This document shows, piece after piece, positions 27,963 through 37,386 of a stretch of DNA of 64,000 nt. Below the pieces are notes generated by a model. That model was given only the letters and a program-made list of their open reading frames with translations, had not been told where the DNA came from and ran no database searches. Both the position numbers and the translations under genes were made by a program. The stretch's first letter is position 1, and the number at the start of each line of letters is the position of its first letter. Origin of the DNA: an uncultured Chloroflexia bacterium (GTDB lineage: Bacteria; Chloroflexota; UBA5177); assembly GCA_963737125.1 (NCBI GenBank), contig CAVTRL010000001.1, positions 346,699-410,698 on the forward strand, read 5' to 3'.

Positions 27963-29234
27963 TTACCACCCGGCAAATGGCGCGTTTGGAGCCAGTGCCT
28001 CCTCAATGCGCAGTAGCTGGTTGTATTTGGCAAGCCGCTCTGATTGGGTGAGTGAACCGATCTTGATCTGACCGGCGGCGGTTGCCACTGCTAGATCGGC
28101 GATGAACGGGTCCTCTGTTTCACCGGAACGCGCCGAGATAACAGTGCGATAGCCGGCGTCGCGCGCTATGCGCACGACATCAAGCGTCTCGGTAAGCGTG
28201 CCGATCTGGTTCATCTTCACCAGCACGGCATTGGCCGCACCCAGCTCAATCCCACGCCGTACGCGGCCGGCATTCGTGGCGAAGAGATCGTCTCCGATGA
28301 TCTGGACGTTCTTGCCCAGACGCTCCGTAACCACCCCCCAGCCGTCCCACTCATTCTCCGCCAACGGGTCCTCAATGGAAACGATCGGGTATGCCTGAAT
28401 CCAATCGGACAGCATAGCAATCAACGATTCGGTGCTATGCGTCTGGCCTTCGGCTTCCAGACGGTAGGATCGGCTCGATTCGTCAAAGAAGTGCGTGGCG
28501 GCGACATCAATGGCGATGGCAACCTCCTGGCCTGGCGTGTGACCGGCTCGATCGATTGCCTGGACGATCAAGTCCAGAGCCTCGTGGCTATCGCGCAGGG
28601 GTGGCCCGAATCCGCCCTCGTCCGCTCGTAGCGTGGTGAGTCCCTGGGCGTTGAGCAACGTCCGTAACGCCCTCAGGACGGACGCTCCCATGGCCAGCGC
28701 CTGACTATACGTCTCCGCTCCTATCGGTACGATAAGAAAATCTTGCAGATCGAGGTTGTGGGAAGCGTGCATGCCTCCGCTAATTGCATTGATCATCGGC
28801 ATGGGTAGTACCGGTTGCCGAGGCCCTGCGAGATGGCGCCAGACCGGCAGGTGCTGCGATTTCGCGGCGGCGCGGGCAGTGGCCAGTGAGACGGCGAGCA
28901 GTGCATTGGCGCCGAGATGAACTTTATTGGGTGTCCCGTCTACCTCGACCAGTCGAGCATCGAGTGCGGGCTGGTCGCACACGTCCATGCCGTCAATTGC
29001 GGGTCCAAGCGAAGTTATTACATTTCGCACTGCGTTCAGCACGCTTGCACCGCCATACACTCCGGGCATGTTATCGCGCAGCTCGAGTGCCTCGTGCTGT
29101 CCAACCGACGCCCCCGACGGCACGCTGGCGCGCCCCTGCGTGCCATCCGCGGTAACAACGTCAGCTTCGACAGTCGGGCGACCTCGCGAGTCAAGTATCT
29201 GACGGGCCGTCACTGATGCGATACGCGTGTTCAC
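27963..29234 (-). CDS. eno: Enolase paralog with substituted active-site residues
   Basis: Full-length enolase motifs: ILDSRGRPTVE, PSGASVG, DEGGF, SIEDP, GDDLF, VKMNQIG, RSGETED, SERLAKYNQLLRIEE. Carries QDF for QEF and SARSGE for SHRSGE. Confidence 0.9.
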   Translation of the reverse strand: MNTRIASVTARQILDSRGRPTVEADVVTADGTQGRASVPSGASVGQHEALELRDNMPGVYGGASVLNAVRNVITSLGPAIDGMDVCDQPALDARLVEVDGTPNKVHLGANALLAVSLATARAAAKSQHLPVWRHLAGPRQPVLPMPMINAISGGMHASHNLDLQDFLIVPIGAETYSQALAMGASVLRALRTLLNAQGLTTLRADEGGFGPPLRDSHEALDLIVQAIDRAGHTPGQEVAIAIDVAATHFFDESSRSYRLEAEGQTHSTESLIAMLSDWIQAYPIVSIEDPLAENEWDGWGVVTERLGKNVQIIGDDLFATNAGRVRRGIELGAANAVLVKMNQIGTLTETLDVVRIARDAGYRTVISARSGETEDPFIADLAVATAAGQIKIGSLTQSERLAKYNQLLRIEEALAPNAPFAGW

Positions 29235-30301
29235 CCTCGGTTGTCCCTGATGGAGGCAATCGATACCCCGATTTCGTCAATTACCGGATTGATCGCCGTC
29301 ACGTTTCCCACCAGGATTTCGCGCGCCAGGTTCCGGGTGAAGCTCCGCTTCGATTCGTCCGTGATGTACTCGATCTTGGATTTACCGTCGATACGTGCCA
29401 GTAGAAGACATCCCAATTCGCGTACGGTGGCGGCCTCGACGTCGTACGGCGCGGGGAAGTCGATCTGGGCACGATATTCGCGCCAGAAGCGCTTCGCGGC
29501 TGGCAGATAGAGCTCTCGCCAGCGAGGCCGGCGAATGGACTTCAGGATGAGGTGATTGAGCAGAAACGCGGTATCGAATGCCGGATCACCCACGTGTGCC
29601 ACTTCAAAGTCGATGGCCAGGACGTGGTCGGCATAGATAAAGAGATTCTTGGGACTGTAGTCTCCATGGACGAGCGCGACGTGAACCTGCAACATCCGAT
29701 CCACCTCGGCTACCACGATCTCTGCAAGGTCGGGATTGACCTGCGCCGCGGTACGGTGATAGGGGTCGACACGGCCCTGTATGAAGTTGTTCACCGCGGC
29801 AAATCGCCGGGCAACATCCGCGTGCCGCGCGGACAGGCCGTGCATGGCGGCGAGCCAGCCACCGACGCGAGCGGCTGCTTCATCGTCCACGTGCCCATCC
29901 AGTAAAGCCGCTTTCCAGAACACGCCGCCCGGCGGCGCGCAGGTCATCGCGAAGATAAAGTTGTCGGCGTCGGAAAACAATACCCGAGGTACGGATCCTT
30001 CAGGCAGATAGGTACTCAAGAGGCTCATACAGTCACGTTCTATAAAGATGCGATCCCGATCAAACGGCCAGTCGTCCGCCACGCGAAGCTTGGGCAGCGA
30101 CTGCTTGAGAACAAAGGCGTCGCCGCCGGCCTGGACCTTTAACACAACGTTAGAGATACCCCAGCCGAGCGATTCGACCTTGATCTCCTTGTCTGATGAA
30201 ATAACGCCGCGTTCTAGCAGGTAAGCTCGGACGTTCTCCGGCGTGATCTCAATTGGCTTCGGCGTGGCCGGCCTCCAATACTGGTCGATGCCGATTGACA
30301 T
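29231..30301 (-). CDS. APH-family small-molecule kinase, 5-methylthioribose kinase (MtnK)-like
   Basis: GWGISNVV, FVLKQSLPKLRVADDWP, LVHGDYSPKN, AIDFEVAHVGDPAFD. Stop overlaps the enolase GTG (GTGA). Confidence 0.85.
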   Translation of the reverse strand: MSIGIDQYWRPATPKPIEITPENVRAYLLERGVISSDKEIKVESLGWGISNVVLKVQAGGDAFVLKQSLPKLRVADDWPFDRDRIFIERDCMSLLSTYLPEGSVPRVLFSDADNFIFAMTCAPPGGVFWKAALLDGHVDDEAAARVGGWLAAMHGLSARHADVARRFAAVNNFIQGRVDPYHRTAAQVNPDLAEIVVAEVDRMLQVHVALVHGDYSPKNLFIYADHVLAIDFEVAHVGDPAFDTAFLLNHLILKSIRRPRWRELYLPAAKRFWREYRAQIDFPAPYDVEAATVRELGCLLLARIDGKSKIEYITDESKRSFTRNLAREILVGNVTAINPVIDEIGVSIASIRDNRG

Positions 30302-30311
30302 GTTCACGGTA

Positions 30312-30340
30312 CTGACGCACAACGCAAATTAGCATATGAT
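30312..30340 (+). promoter_or_regulatory. Candidate promoter of gntR and the catabolic operon
   Basis: CTGACG-N17-TATGAT in the 94-bp divergent intergenic region. Confidence 0.45.
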
Positions 30341-30395
30341 ATTTCATGTTCACAACGAAGCAGCGGAATAGCGATCCGCCGGAGGGGGACATGCT

Positions 30396-31172
30396 GTGAC
30401 CGATGAATACGTTACGTCCGTCATCGTGCCCCTCAGCTCACTGGCACGGAAAACCTACAAGCTGACCATATTCGAGGCACTGCACGAGTTGATTCAGAAC
30501 CTGCAGCTTCCCCCCGGTGAGCGGCTGGTCGAGGCTGACCTTGCAACCCGTTTTGGGGTCTCGAAAACGCCGGTCCGTGAAGCGTTGCTACTGCTTGAAA
30601 AAGAGCGACTGGTCACCACGGTACCACACGTTGGCGCCACCGTGACATGGCTGTCTGTGCGGGATTACGAACAAAAACTTTTTATTCTCGATGCACTGGA
30701 GCAGCCCACACTTCAACTGATTCACGAACGCATCACCAGAGAGGAACTGGAGTTTTGCCGGCAAATCGTGGATAACATGAGCCAGGCTTTTGCCCAGAAA
30801 GACGAGGCAGCCTATACGAATCATGTGATCCGCATGCATTCTCAGCTGTTTGCGGCGGCGCGGTATCCACAGCTCACCGAGCTGGTGAACGGCATGCAGC
30901 AGTCGCTACGTCGCTACACCAAAGCATTTGTGCGCCACTATCCCCATAACTGGTTACGGGAGCTCGAGACGGCACAGAAACGGTTTGGATATCTGTACGA
31001 AGGAAACGTGCCGGCAGCGGCGGCCGCCGTGCAGCAAGGGCATGTGGCTCTTCTGGAATTTGCACGGGCTCGCGCGGCAGCCGGGGACCGGCACGTCATC
31101 CGGTATCTCGACCCGTCAAGCCTCGACGGCCACGGAGAAGAAGGGTCGGAGCTCGGAATGGCTGCCGGCTGA
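30396..31172 (+). CDS. GntR family regulator (wHTH + FCD)
   Basis: LPPGERLVEADLATRFGVSKTPVREALLLLEKE; FCD-like helical C-terminus (MHSQLFAAA). Confidence 0.9.
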   Translation: MTDEYVTSVIVPLSSLARKTYKLTIFEALHELIQNLQLPPGERLVEADLATRFGVSKTPVREALLLLEKERLVTTVPHVGATVTWLSVRDYEQKLFILDALEQPTLQLIHERITREELEFCRQIVDNMSQAFAQKDEAAYTNHVIRMHSQLFAAARYPQLTELVNGMQQSLRRYTKAFVRHYPHNWLRELETAQKRFGYLYEGNVPAAAAAVQQGHVALLEFARARAAAGDRHVIRYLDPSSLDGHGEEGSELGMAAG

Positions 31173-31201
31173 ATTAATCGGCGATAGCGGGAGGTCCAAC
31201 C

Positions 31202-32413
31202 ATGCAAATCGAGAAGCTTGAAACGATATGGTTCGATGCTCAGCCCAATACCATGTGGTTGCGAGTCCACACTGACGAAGGATTGATTGGACTCGGCGAG
31301 ACCTACTACGCCCCCCGGGCGGTGGCCGCAATCATCCACGACGTCCTTTCCAAACTTCTTATCGGTACGTCGCCGCTCGATATCGAGAAACACTGGATCA
31401 ACATGTTCTCGACTGTGAATTTCTTCGGCTTCGCAGGCGCGGAGAGTCGAGCCATCTCGGCCGTGGACATTGCGCTCTGGGATATCCTCGGGCAGTACAC
31501 CGGGCAGCCGATTTACACTCTTCTCGGCGGGCGCGTGCGCGACTCGATCCCGATCTACAACACGTGCGTCAATTACGGCCAGTTTCAGGACTTTGACGCC
31601 TGGAATCGGGATGCCGGTGACCTGGCGGAAGACTTGCTCCGTCAAGGAGTCAAAGGAATGAAGGTGTGGCCCTGGGATCGGTTTGGGGTATCGCTCGGCG
31701 GTCCCATCGGACAGCGGGCCGGGGTCAGCGCGGTTGGTCCGGTCGGTCATTTTTTGCCTTCCGAGATATTGAAGCAAGGGCTCAAGCCGATCCAGCAAAT
31801 TCGCGAACGGGTGGGCGATCGTATGGAGATTGCAATTGAAGGGCATGCCCGGTGGGACCTGCCGATAGCGATGCGGATTGCCGAGGCGCTTGCCCCGTAC
31901 GACATCATGTGGCTGGAAGAGATTATCCCGCCCGACAATGTCGAGAGCTACGCCATACTGGCACGCGAGTCGCCGGTAAAGATCTGTGCCAGCGAGCGGC
32001 TGTTTACACGCTTCGCCTTTCGACAGCTCATAGAAGCAGGCGGCACACACATCGTGATGCCGGACATTGCCTGGACCGGGGGATTGACCGAGTCTCGTAA
32101 AATCGCGGATCTCGCCGACACTCACTACTTGCCGATGACAACGCACGACACCATCGGCCCCGTGGCCCTCTGGGCGGCCGCCCACCTGGCTCTCCATGCG
32201 CCCAATGCCATGATCGTCGAGACTGTCCGGGGCTACTATCTCGGCTGGTACAACGAAGTCATGACGTCTTCCATCCCCGTGGCCGACGGTTTACTGAGCC
32301 TTGACGAAAAGCCAGGATTGGGTACCGCCCTGCGCGAAGAGGTGCTTCGGCGGCCCGATGTACACCTGGAAACCACAACGATCGACAGCTTGAGGAACAT
32401 GTCGCATGCCTGA
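31202..32413 (+). CDS. Mandelate racemase / muconate lactonizing enzyme family (acid-sugar dehydratase-like)
   Basis: HTDEGLIGLGE, AISAVDIALWDILGQ, PIYTLLGG, MKVWPWD; metal ligands IEGH, WLEE, ASER; HDTIGP. Confidence 0.9.
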   Translation: MQIEKLETIWFDAQPNTMWLRVHTDEGLIGLGETYYAPRAVAAIIHDVLSKLLIGTSPLDIEKHWINMFSTVNFFGFAGAESRAISAVDIALWDILGQYTGQPIYTLLGGRVRDSIPIYNTCVNYGQFQDFDAWNRDAGDLAEDLLRQGVKGMKVWPWDRFGVSLGGPIGQRAGVSAVGPVGHFLPSEILKQGLKPIQQIRERVGDRMEIAIEGHARWDLPIAMRIAEALAPYDIMWLEEIIPPDNVESYAILARESPVKICASERLFTRFAFRQLIEAGGTHIVMPDIAWTGGLTESRKIADLADTHYLPMTTHDTIGPVALWAAAHLALHAPNAMIVETVRGYYLGWYNEVMTSSIPVADGLLSLDEKPGLGTALREEVLRRPDVHLETTTIDSLRNMSHA

Positions 32414-33239
32414 CACACCTACTCTGCCTGCCGTCGCTTCTCGCTTCCTGCTCACCGACCGGGTGACCGTCGTAACCGGGTGGGGATCCGGTATAGGGCG
32501 CGAGATTGCTCTGGCATTTGCCGAAGCCGGCGCCCATGTAGCGGGACTCGAAGTGGTTGAAGAGCACGGTCTCGAGACTGCGCAAGGTGTTGCCGATCGA
32601 GGAAGGAGAGCGCTTCCGCTGCACTGCGATGTGTCCGATCCGGAACGGGTAGCAGAGGCCTTTGCCGCTATTGATGCCGAGTTTGGCCGGATCGACGTAC
32701 TGGTGAATTGCGCTTTCAAGGGCAGCCACGCGCATCCTGCCGATCTCACCTTCGATGAGTGGAAGGTCGTTCTCGACGTGGGAGTGACCGCGTATTTCCT
32801 GTGCTCCCAACAGGCCGGGCGGCGAATGATCGCGGATCGACGTACCGGCGCAATCATCAACCTCGGCTCCATCGCCGGCGCTTCCGCGCTCGGTCGCGGC
32901 AACTTCGCGTATAGCGTCGGGAAGGGGGCCATCAACCAGCTCACGCGAGAGTTGGCAATCGAGTGGGCGCCGTACGGCATCCGGGTCAATGCCATACTCC
33001 CCTGTCAGGTCCGCACGCCGGCCTTGCAGCGGCTCATCGATGATCCGCAATTCGATTCCGATGCGTTGGTCAACACATTCCTTCATGGCATCCCGCTGGG
33101 TCGGCTGGCGGAGTCCTCTGACATTGCGAACGCGGCTCTTTTTCTGGCTTCAGACGCGGCCTCCATGATTACCGGCGTGTTGCTTCCGGTTGATGGCGGC
33201 AATCTGGCCATGAACGCGGGAGGCACGGTTCGCTGGTGA
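32406..33239 (+). CDS. Short-chain dehydrogenase/reductase
   Basis: VTGWGSGIG, IDVLVNCA, INLGS, YSVGK, IRVNAILP, DGG. Confidence 0.92.
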   Translation: MPDTPTLPAVASRFLLTDRVTVVTGWGSGIGREIALAFAEAGAHVAGLEVVEEHGLETAQGVADRGRRALPLHCDVSDPERVAEAFAAIDAEFGRIDVLVNCAFKGSHAHPADLTFDEWKVVLDVGVTAYFLCSQQAGRRMIADRRTGAIINLGSIAGASALGRGNFAYSVGKGAINQLTRELAIEWAPYGIRVNAILPCQVRTPALQRLIDDPQFDSDALVNTFLHGIPLGRLAESSDIANAALFLASDAASMITGVLLPVDGGNLAMNAGGTVRW

Positions 33240-34228
33240 GTGGTGAGCGTCCGGCTATCCTCCTCTACACGGATGCCGTGGAGTTCCCGCTCCCGCCGGA
33301 GCTCCTGGCGAGAGCTCAAGCGTCCGGCCTGGAGCTCCGGATGGTTGACGGGCACGACCCAGCGGAAATGCAGACTGTGGCCTCCCAATCTTCAGGCATG
33401 TTTCTGTACCGAGCTCGGGTCGATGTGGCGCTCCTCGATGCCATGCCGCGCTGTCGGGTGCTGGCGCGCGTGGGCACGGGATACGATCTCATCGACGTGC
33501 TGGAAGCGCGCCGCCGCGGCGTCATGGTGACCAATGTTCCCGATTTCTGCACGGAAGAGCTTTCCGACACCGTTATGCTGTTCGTACTGGCGTTTGCGCG
33601 CCGTCTTCCGGATCTATTGGATGGAGCACGGCGTCGGCATTGGATGACCGTAGCCGAGCTGCCGAAACCGCGCCGGCTTACCGGTCGCACTCTCGGGATC
33701 ATCGGTTTTGGGAAGAGCGGTCAGCGCACCGCGGAAAAGGCTCATGCGTTCGGCCTGGATGTGCGCGTGTGGACCCGTACGTCACGGCCCCAGGCGTTGG
33801 CACGGACGCACGCTCGGGAGGTGTCATTTGAAGACGCGCTGGGCTGCGATTATGTATCGCTGCACGTTCCGTTGACTCCGGAAACACACGGCTTGATCAA
33901 TGAACGATCGTTGCAGCACATGAAGCCGGGCGCGGTCTTGATCAATATTGCTCGAGGTGCGGTTGTCGACACGCCGGCACTCGTCGCGGCGCTTCGGCAA
34001 GGCGTGATTGCCGGAGCCGGGCTCGACGTGGTCGATCCTGCGCCCCTGCCGGAGGATCACCCACTCTGGGAGATGCCGAACGTTCTGATCACGTCGCACA
34101 CGGCCTGCATTTCTCAGGAGGCGTTGATGCAGTCTCAGACTATTGCGCTCGAAGACGCAATCGCGGTGCTATCGGGCCGAGCGCCGGCTCATCCCGTGCC
34201 CGAAATGGCACAGTCGGAGGCGTCATGA
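33236..34228 (+). CDS. D-isomer-specific 2-hydroxyacid dehydrogenase (CtBP-like)
   Basis: VTNVPDFC, GIIGFGKSG, SLHVPLTPET, INIARGAVVD, GLDV, ITSHTA. Confidence 0.9.
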   Translation: MSGERPAILLYTDAVEFPLPPELLARAQASGLELRMVDGHDPAEMQTVASQSSGMFLYRARVDVALLDAMPRCRVLARVGTGYDLIDVLEARRRGVMVTNVPDFCTEELSDTVMLFVLAFARRLPDLLDGARRRHWMTVAELPKPRRLTGRTLGIIGFGKSGQRTAEKAHAFGLDVRVWTRTSRPQALARTHAREVSFEDALGCDYVSLHVPLTPETHGLINERSLQHMKPGAVLINIARGAVVDTPALVAALRQGVIAGAGLDVVDPAPLPEDHPLWEMPNVLITSHTACISQEALMQSQTIALEDAIAVLSGRAPAHPVPEMAQSEAS

Positions 34229-34327
34229 GTAGCTGGTCCAAGAGAGTACATCGCATTGGTGGAATCGACCTTCTCCGGCGGGCTGCTAACCACCGCAAGG
34301 GTTTCATGAACAGCACCGGTTTCCCTG

Positions 34328-35149
34328 GTGCGTGAAGCAGCGATGCGACCGTCGATCAATCAGTCCTGTTTTCCGGGAATCGATACCCGGGAATTCGCGA
34401 GATGTGCCTCGGTCGCCGGCTTCGGGAGCGTTGAGCTGCGCACCCTGGGACGGGATGAACCGATCACCCTGCTGCAGACCGCGGTGCTGGAGAACGGCTT
34501 GCGGGTTGAAGCAATCAATGGGCTCATGGACTGGGCATTGCCCGACGATCCGGATCCGCTCCGCGCGCTCGAACAGGCCCTCACCATTGCTACGTCGGTG
34601 GGTGCGCCGGTGATCGTCTGCGCCGGCCCGATTCGTCCGGGGATACTGCCACCCACCGATGTCATCATGGCGTCCGCGACCGAACGCCTGGCCGCCATGG
34701 CCGAAGTTGCGCGTTCTACTGGGGTCAAACTGGCCGTCGAGCAGATCGGAAAATCGAGCACTCGTCCTGGAGCTGCCAGTGGGATACGGCGGCTGGACGA
34801 CGCCCTGGCGGTGGCAACACGCGCCGGTTCCGATGTCCTGGTGACGCTCGACAGTCATAATCTGGCCACGGCGGATGAGGGGTTTGATATGCTGTCGCGC
34901 GTGCCGGTCTCGGCAGTCGGCATCGCGCAAATCGCTGGAATCTCGGCCACGGACAGCGGACGTGCATTGCCGGGCGAAGGTTCAACCGACAACGCCTCCT
35001 TCGTCCGGGCCCTGACAGCTATGGGGTACACCGGAGCGGTCTCAATCGAGATGTTTCCGGCCCGACCCTGGGACAATCCTGGTGAATTTGCACTTGAGGC
35101 GTACACCCGCGTTCGAAATTTGATCGACACTGCACTGGGTCGCGGCTGA
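34328..35149 (+). CDS. Sugar phosphate isomerase/epimerase family TIM barrel (AP_endonuc_2), divergent
   Basis: AGFGSVEL, GVKLAVEQ, LDSHN, IAQIAG, LPGEG, GYTGAVSIEMF. Confidence 0.75.
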   Translation: MREAAMRPSINQSCFPGIDTREFARCASVAGFGSVELRTLGRDEPITLLQTAVLENGLRVEAINGLMDWALPDDPDPLRALEQALTIATSVGAPVIVCAGPIRPGILPPTDVIMASATERLAAMAEVARSTGVKLAVEQIGKSSTRPGAASGIRRLDDALAVATRAGSDVLVTLDSHNLATADEGFDMLSRVPVSAVGIAQIAGISATDSGRALPGEGSTDNASFVRALTAMGYTGAVSIEMFPARPWDNPGEFALEAYTRVRNLIDTALGRG

Positions 35150-35171
35150 CTCGGGTGCACACTTTACGGAG

Positions 35172-36149
35172 ATGGGAGAGGTGATCATGCAGCATGAATT
35201 TATTCTGGCGGCAGGGACGTGGCGAGACGCCGATGTCGAACGGGAGCACCTCGAAGGCCGGCCGGTCACGGTCCGGGTGGCTTCTCTGGAGACAGTGTCG
35301 GATATCGCCCGCGAAACTGAGGGCGCCGACGGTGTCATAGTCACCTGGAACCCTATGCCGCGCGAGTTCATCAATGCCCTCAGCAGTAGCGTTCGGATTC
35401 TCACGCGGGCCGGAATCGGACTCGACGCGATCGATCTCGAAGCCGCAAAGGAGCGCGGGATTGCCGTCTTTCACGTGCCCGACTACTGTACAGAAGAGGT
35501 GGCGACGCACGCCGTCAGCATGATTCTCGCGCTTAATCGGCGTCTGGTCCAGGCGAATCGTTTGGCGCGAGAAGATTGGCTGGGATGGAAAGCCCTTGGA
35601 GAGGTTGTGCCGCTGTCGCAGCTCACCGTCGGCGTCGTGGGGACCGGTCGGATCGGCAGAGCAGTGGTGAGCAAGCTTGTACCGTTGTGTGGCCGGATTC
35701 TTACGTACGATCCCAATGTGGCGGAGGCGCCGGACGGTGCGTCGGCAGCATCTTCACTGGACGATCTCCTGCGTTCCAGCGACGCCGTCACGCTCCACAT
35801 ACCATTGCTGGGCGAGACGCGAGGTATTATTGGCGCGCGCGAGCTCGCGCTGCTGAGGCCAGGTGCGGTGGTCGTCAATGTCTCGCGGGGCGGACTGGTG
35901 GATACGCAAGCGCTCGTCGCCGCCCTCGAGAGCGGCCAGCTTTCTGGAGCAGGTCTGGACGTCCTTGAGCACGAGCCGCCCGAACCCGACGATCCGATAC
36001 TGCGAGCGCCGAATGTGATTCTCACGCCGCACTTTGCCTGGTATTCGGTGGCCTCGGAGCGACGGGCGCGGACGATTTCGGTGGACGGGATGATTGACTA
36101 CCTCGAAGGCCGGCAGCCCTCGGCCGGACGCCTCGCGATCATCCCCTGA
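35172..36149 (+). CDS. D-isomer-specific 2-hydroxyacid dehydrogenase (CtBP-like)
   Basis: RAGIGLDAID, HVPDYCTEEVA, GVVGTGRIG, VNVSRGGLVD, GLDVLEHEP, LTPHFAWYS. Confidence 0.9.
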   Translation: MGEVIMQHEFILAAGTWRDADVEREHLEGRPVTVRVASLETVSDIARETEGADGVIVTWNPMPREFINALSSSVRILTRAGIGLDAIDLEAAKERGIAVFHVPDYCTEEVATHAVSMILALNRRLVQANRLAREDWLGWKALGEVVPLSQLTVGVVGTGRIGRAVVSKLVPLCGRILTYDPNVAEAPDGASAASSLDDLLRSSDAVTLHIPLLGETRGIIGARELALLRPGAVVVNVSRGGLVDTQALVAALESGQLSGAGLDVLEHEPPEPDDPILRAPNVILTPHFAWYSVASERRARTISVDGMIDYLEGRQPSAGRLAIIP

Positions 36150-36155
36150 GCGTGT

Positions 36156-36184
36156 TTGACGGCCCAAATTGCCCGTGCTATGCT
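36156..36184 (+). promoter_or_regulatory. Internal sigma70 promoter for sugar ABC operon 1
   Basis: TTGACG-N17-TATGCT with extended -10 (TGc). Confidence 0.7.
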
Positions 36185-36194
36185 GGCGCTATCC

Positions 36195-36228
36195 TAAGGA
36201 GGTCTCGAATATGATGTATGATGGCTGA
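36195..36228 (+). other. Perfect SD plus a 5-codon upstream ORF (MMYDG)
   Basis: TAAGGAGGT (36195-36203), 7-nt spacer, ATG ATG TAT GAT GGC TGA (36211-36228). Confidence 0.3.
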
Positions 36229-36283
36229 CTATATTTCGTCCATTCTGGCCAACACTCTACGGGTTGATTTTTGAGGAGTTCAA

Positions 36284-37369
36284 ATGCGCAAGATCGTTCG
36301 CTGTGCCCTGATTCTCGTGATCGCGCTCAGCCTTGTATCGATCAGGTCCTTCACCAGCTCGCCTAGCTCTCTCGCCGCACCGGCCGCGGCTCATCACGGA
36401 CCGCCGTACACGATTGACTTAAGTAACACGTCCGTGAATAACGGCTGGCGATTGGAAATGCAGAGTGTTGCCCGCCTCTTCGCCAGTACTCCAAAATACA
36501 GCAAGCTCGTCAAGTTTCGGGTTGTCAACGCGCCGGACGATGTCAGCTCGCAGATTCAATCTCTGAACGCTATGATCGCACAGCACGTCGACGCCATCAT
36601 CCTCGATGCAGACTCGCCCACGGCGCTGAACCCGGTCATCAATCGGGCCATCAGCCAGGGTATCGTGGTCGCCAGCTTTGATAGCCTGGCAAACGATCCC
36701 AAAGCGTACAGCATCGGCGTCGACCTCAAAAAAGCTGCCTATACCACGGCACTCTGGTTGGCGAAGAGCATGCACGGCCAGGGCAACGTCGTCATCAACA
36801 ACGGAATCATGGGCACCGGCGGTGAGGCATTGCAGAACGCAGGCGTCACACAGGCGCTGCGCCAGTACCCCAAAATCAAAATCATCGACCAATTCTCGGG
36901 GCAGTGGGCTACCGCGCCATCGGAAGCAGGCATGGCGAAGGTCATTGCGACCCATCCCAAGATAGACGGCGTGTGGGATTCCGGTGGTGAGATTGGCGTG
37001 ATCCAGGCGTTGCAGAACGCGCACCGTAAGCTCATCCCCGTGGCGGGTTTCCCCTTCAACAAATACCTCCAGCTCTGCGTGCAATTGAAGGCCAAAGGTC
37101 TGCAGTGCGCAGCGGCCAGTAATCCAACCACAATGAGCGCGATGGCCCTGCAATTGGTCGTGAACGTGCTTCAGGGAAAAACCCAGCCAAAGAACACCCT
37201 GCTCAAATACGATTTGTACACGAACAACGGTGTCACCAGCGACGTTCCGGCTACAGCCATCGTCGAGGGTAAGACGGCGTTCAAGAACCTGCCAGACGAG
37301 TTCTCGGTTCCGTTCACGTTGCCGGGCGGTAACTGGACCGCTCAAAAAGTCGCGGCCGGAATGCATTAA
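36284..37369 (+). CDS. Sugar ABC substrate-binding protein (RbsB / Peripla_BP_4-like)
   Basis: Sec-type signal; SNTSVNNGWR, QIQSLNAMIAQHVDAIILD, GIVVASFD, IDGVWDSGG. Confidence 0.9.
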   Translation: MRKIVRCALILVIALSLVSIRSFTSSPSSLAAPAAAHHGPPYTIDLSNTSVNNGWRLEMQSVARLFASTPKYSKLVKFRVVNAPDDVSSQIQSLNAMIAQHVDAIILDADSPTALNPVINRAISQGIVVASFDSLANDPKAYSIGVDLKKAAYTTALWLAKSMHGQGNVVINNGIMGTGGEALQNAGVTQALRQYPKIKIIDQFSGQWATAPSEAGMAKVIATHPKIDGVWDSGGEIGVIQALQNAHRKLIPVAGFPFNKYLQLCVQLKAKGLQCAAASNPTTMSAMALQLVVNVLQGKTQPKNTLLKYDLYTNNGVTSDVPATAIVEGKTAFKNLPDEFSVPFTLPGGNWTAQKVAAGMH

Positions 37370-37386
37370 CGCAAGGGAGCTCGCGG

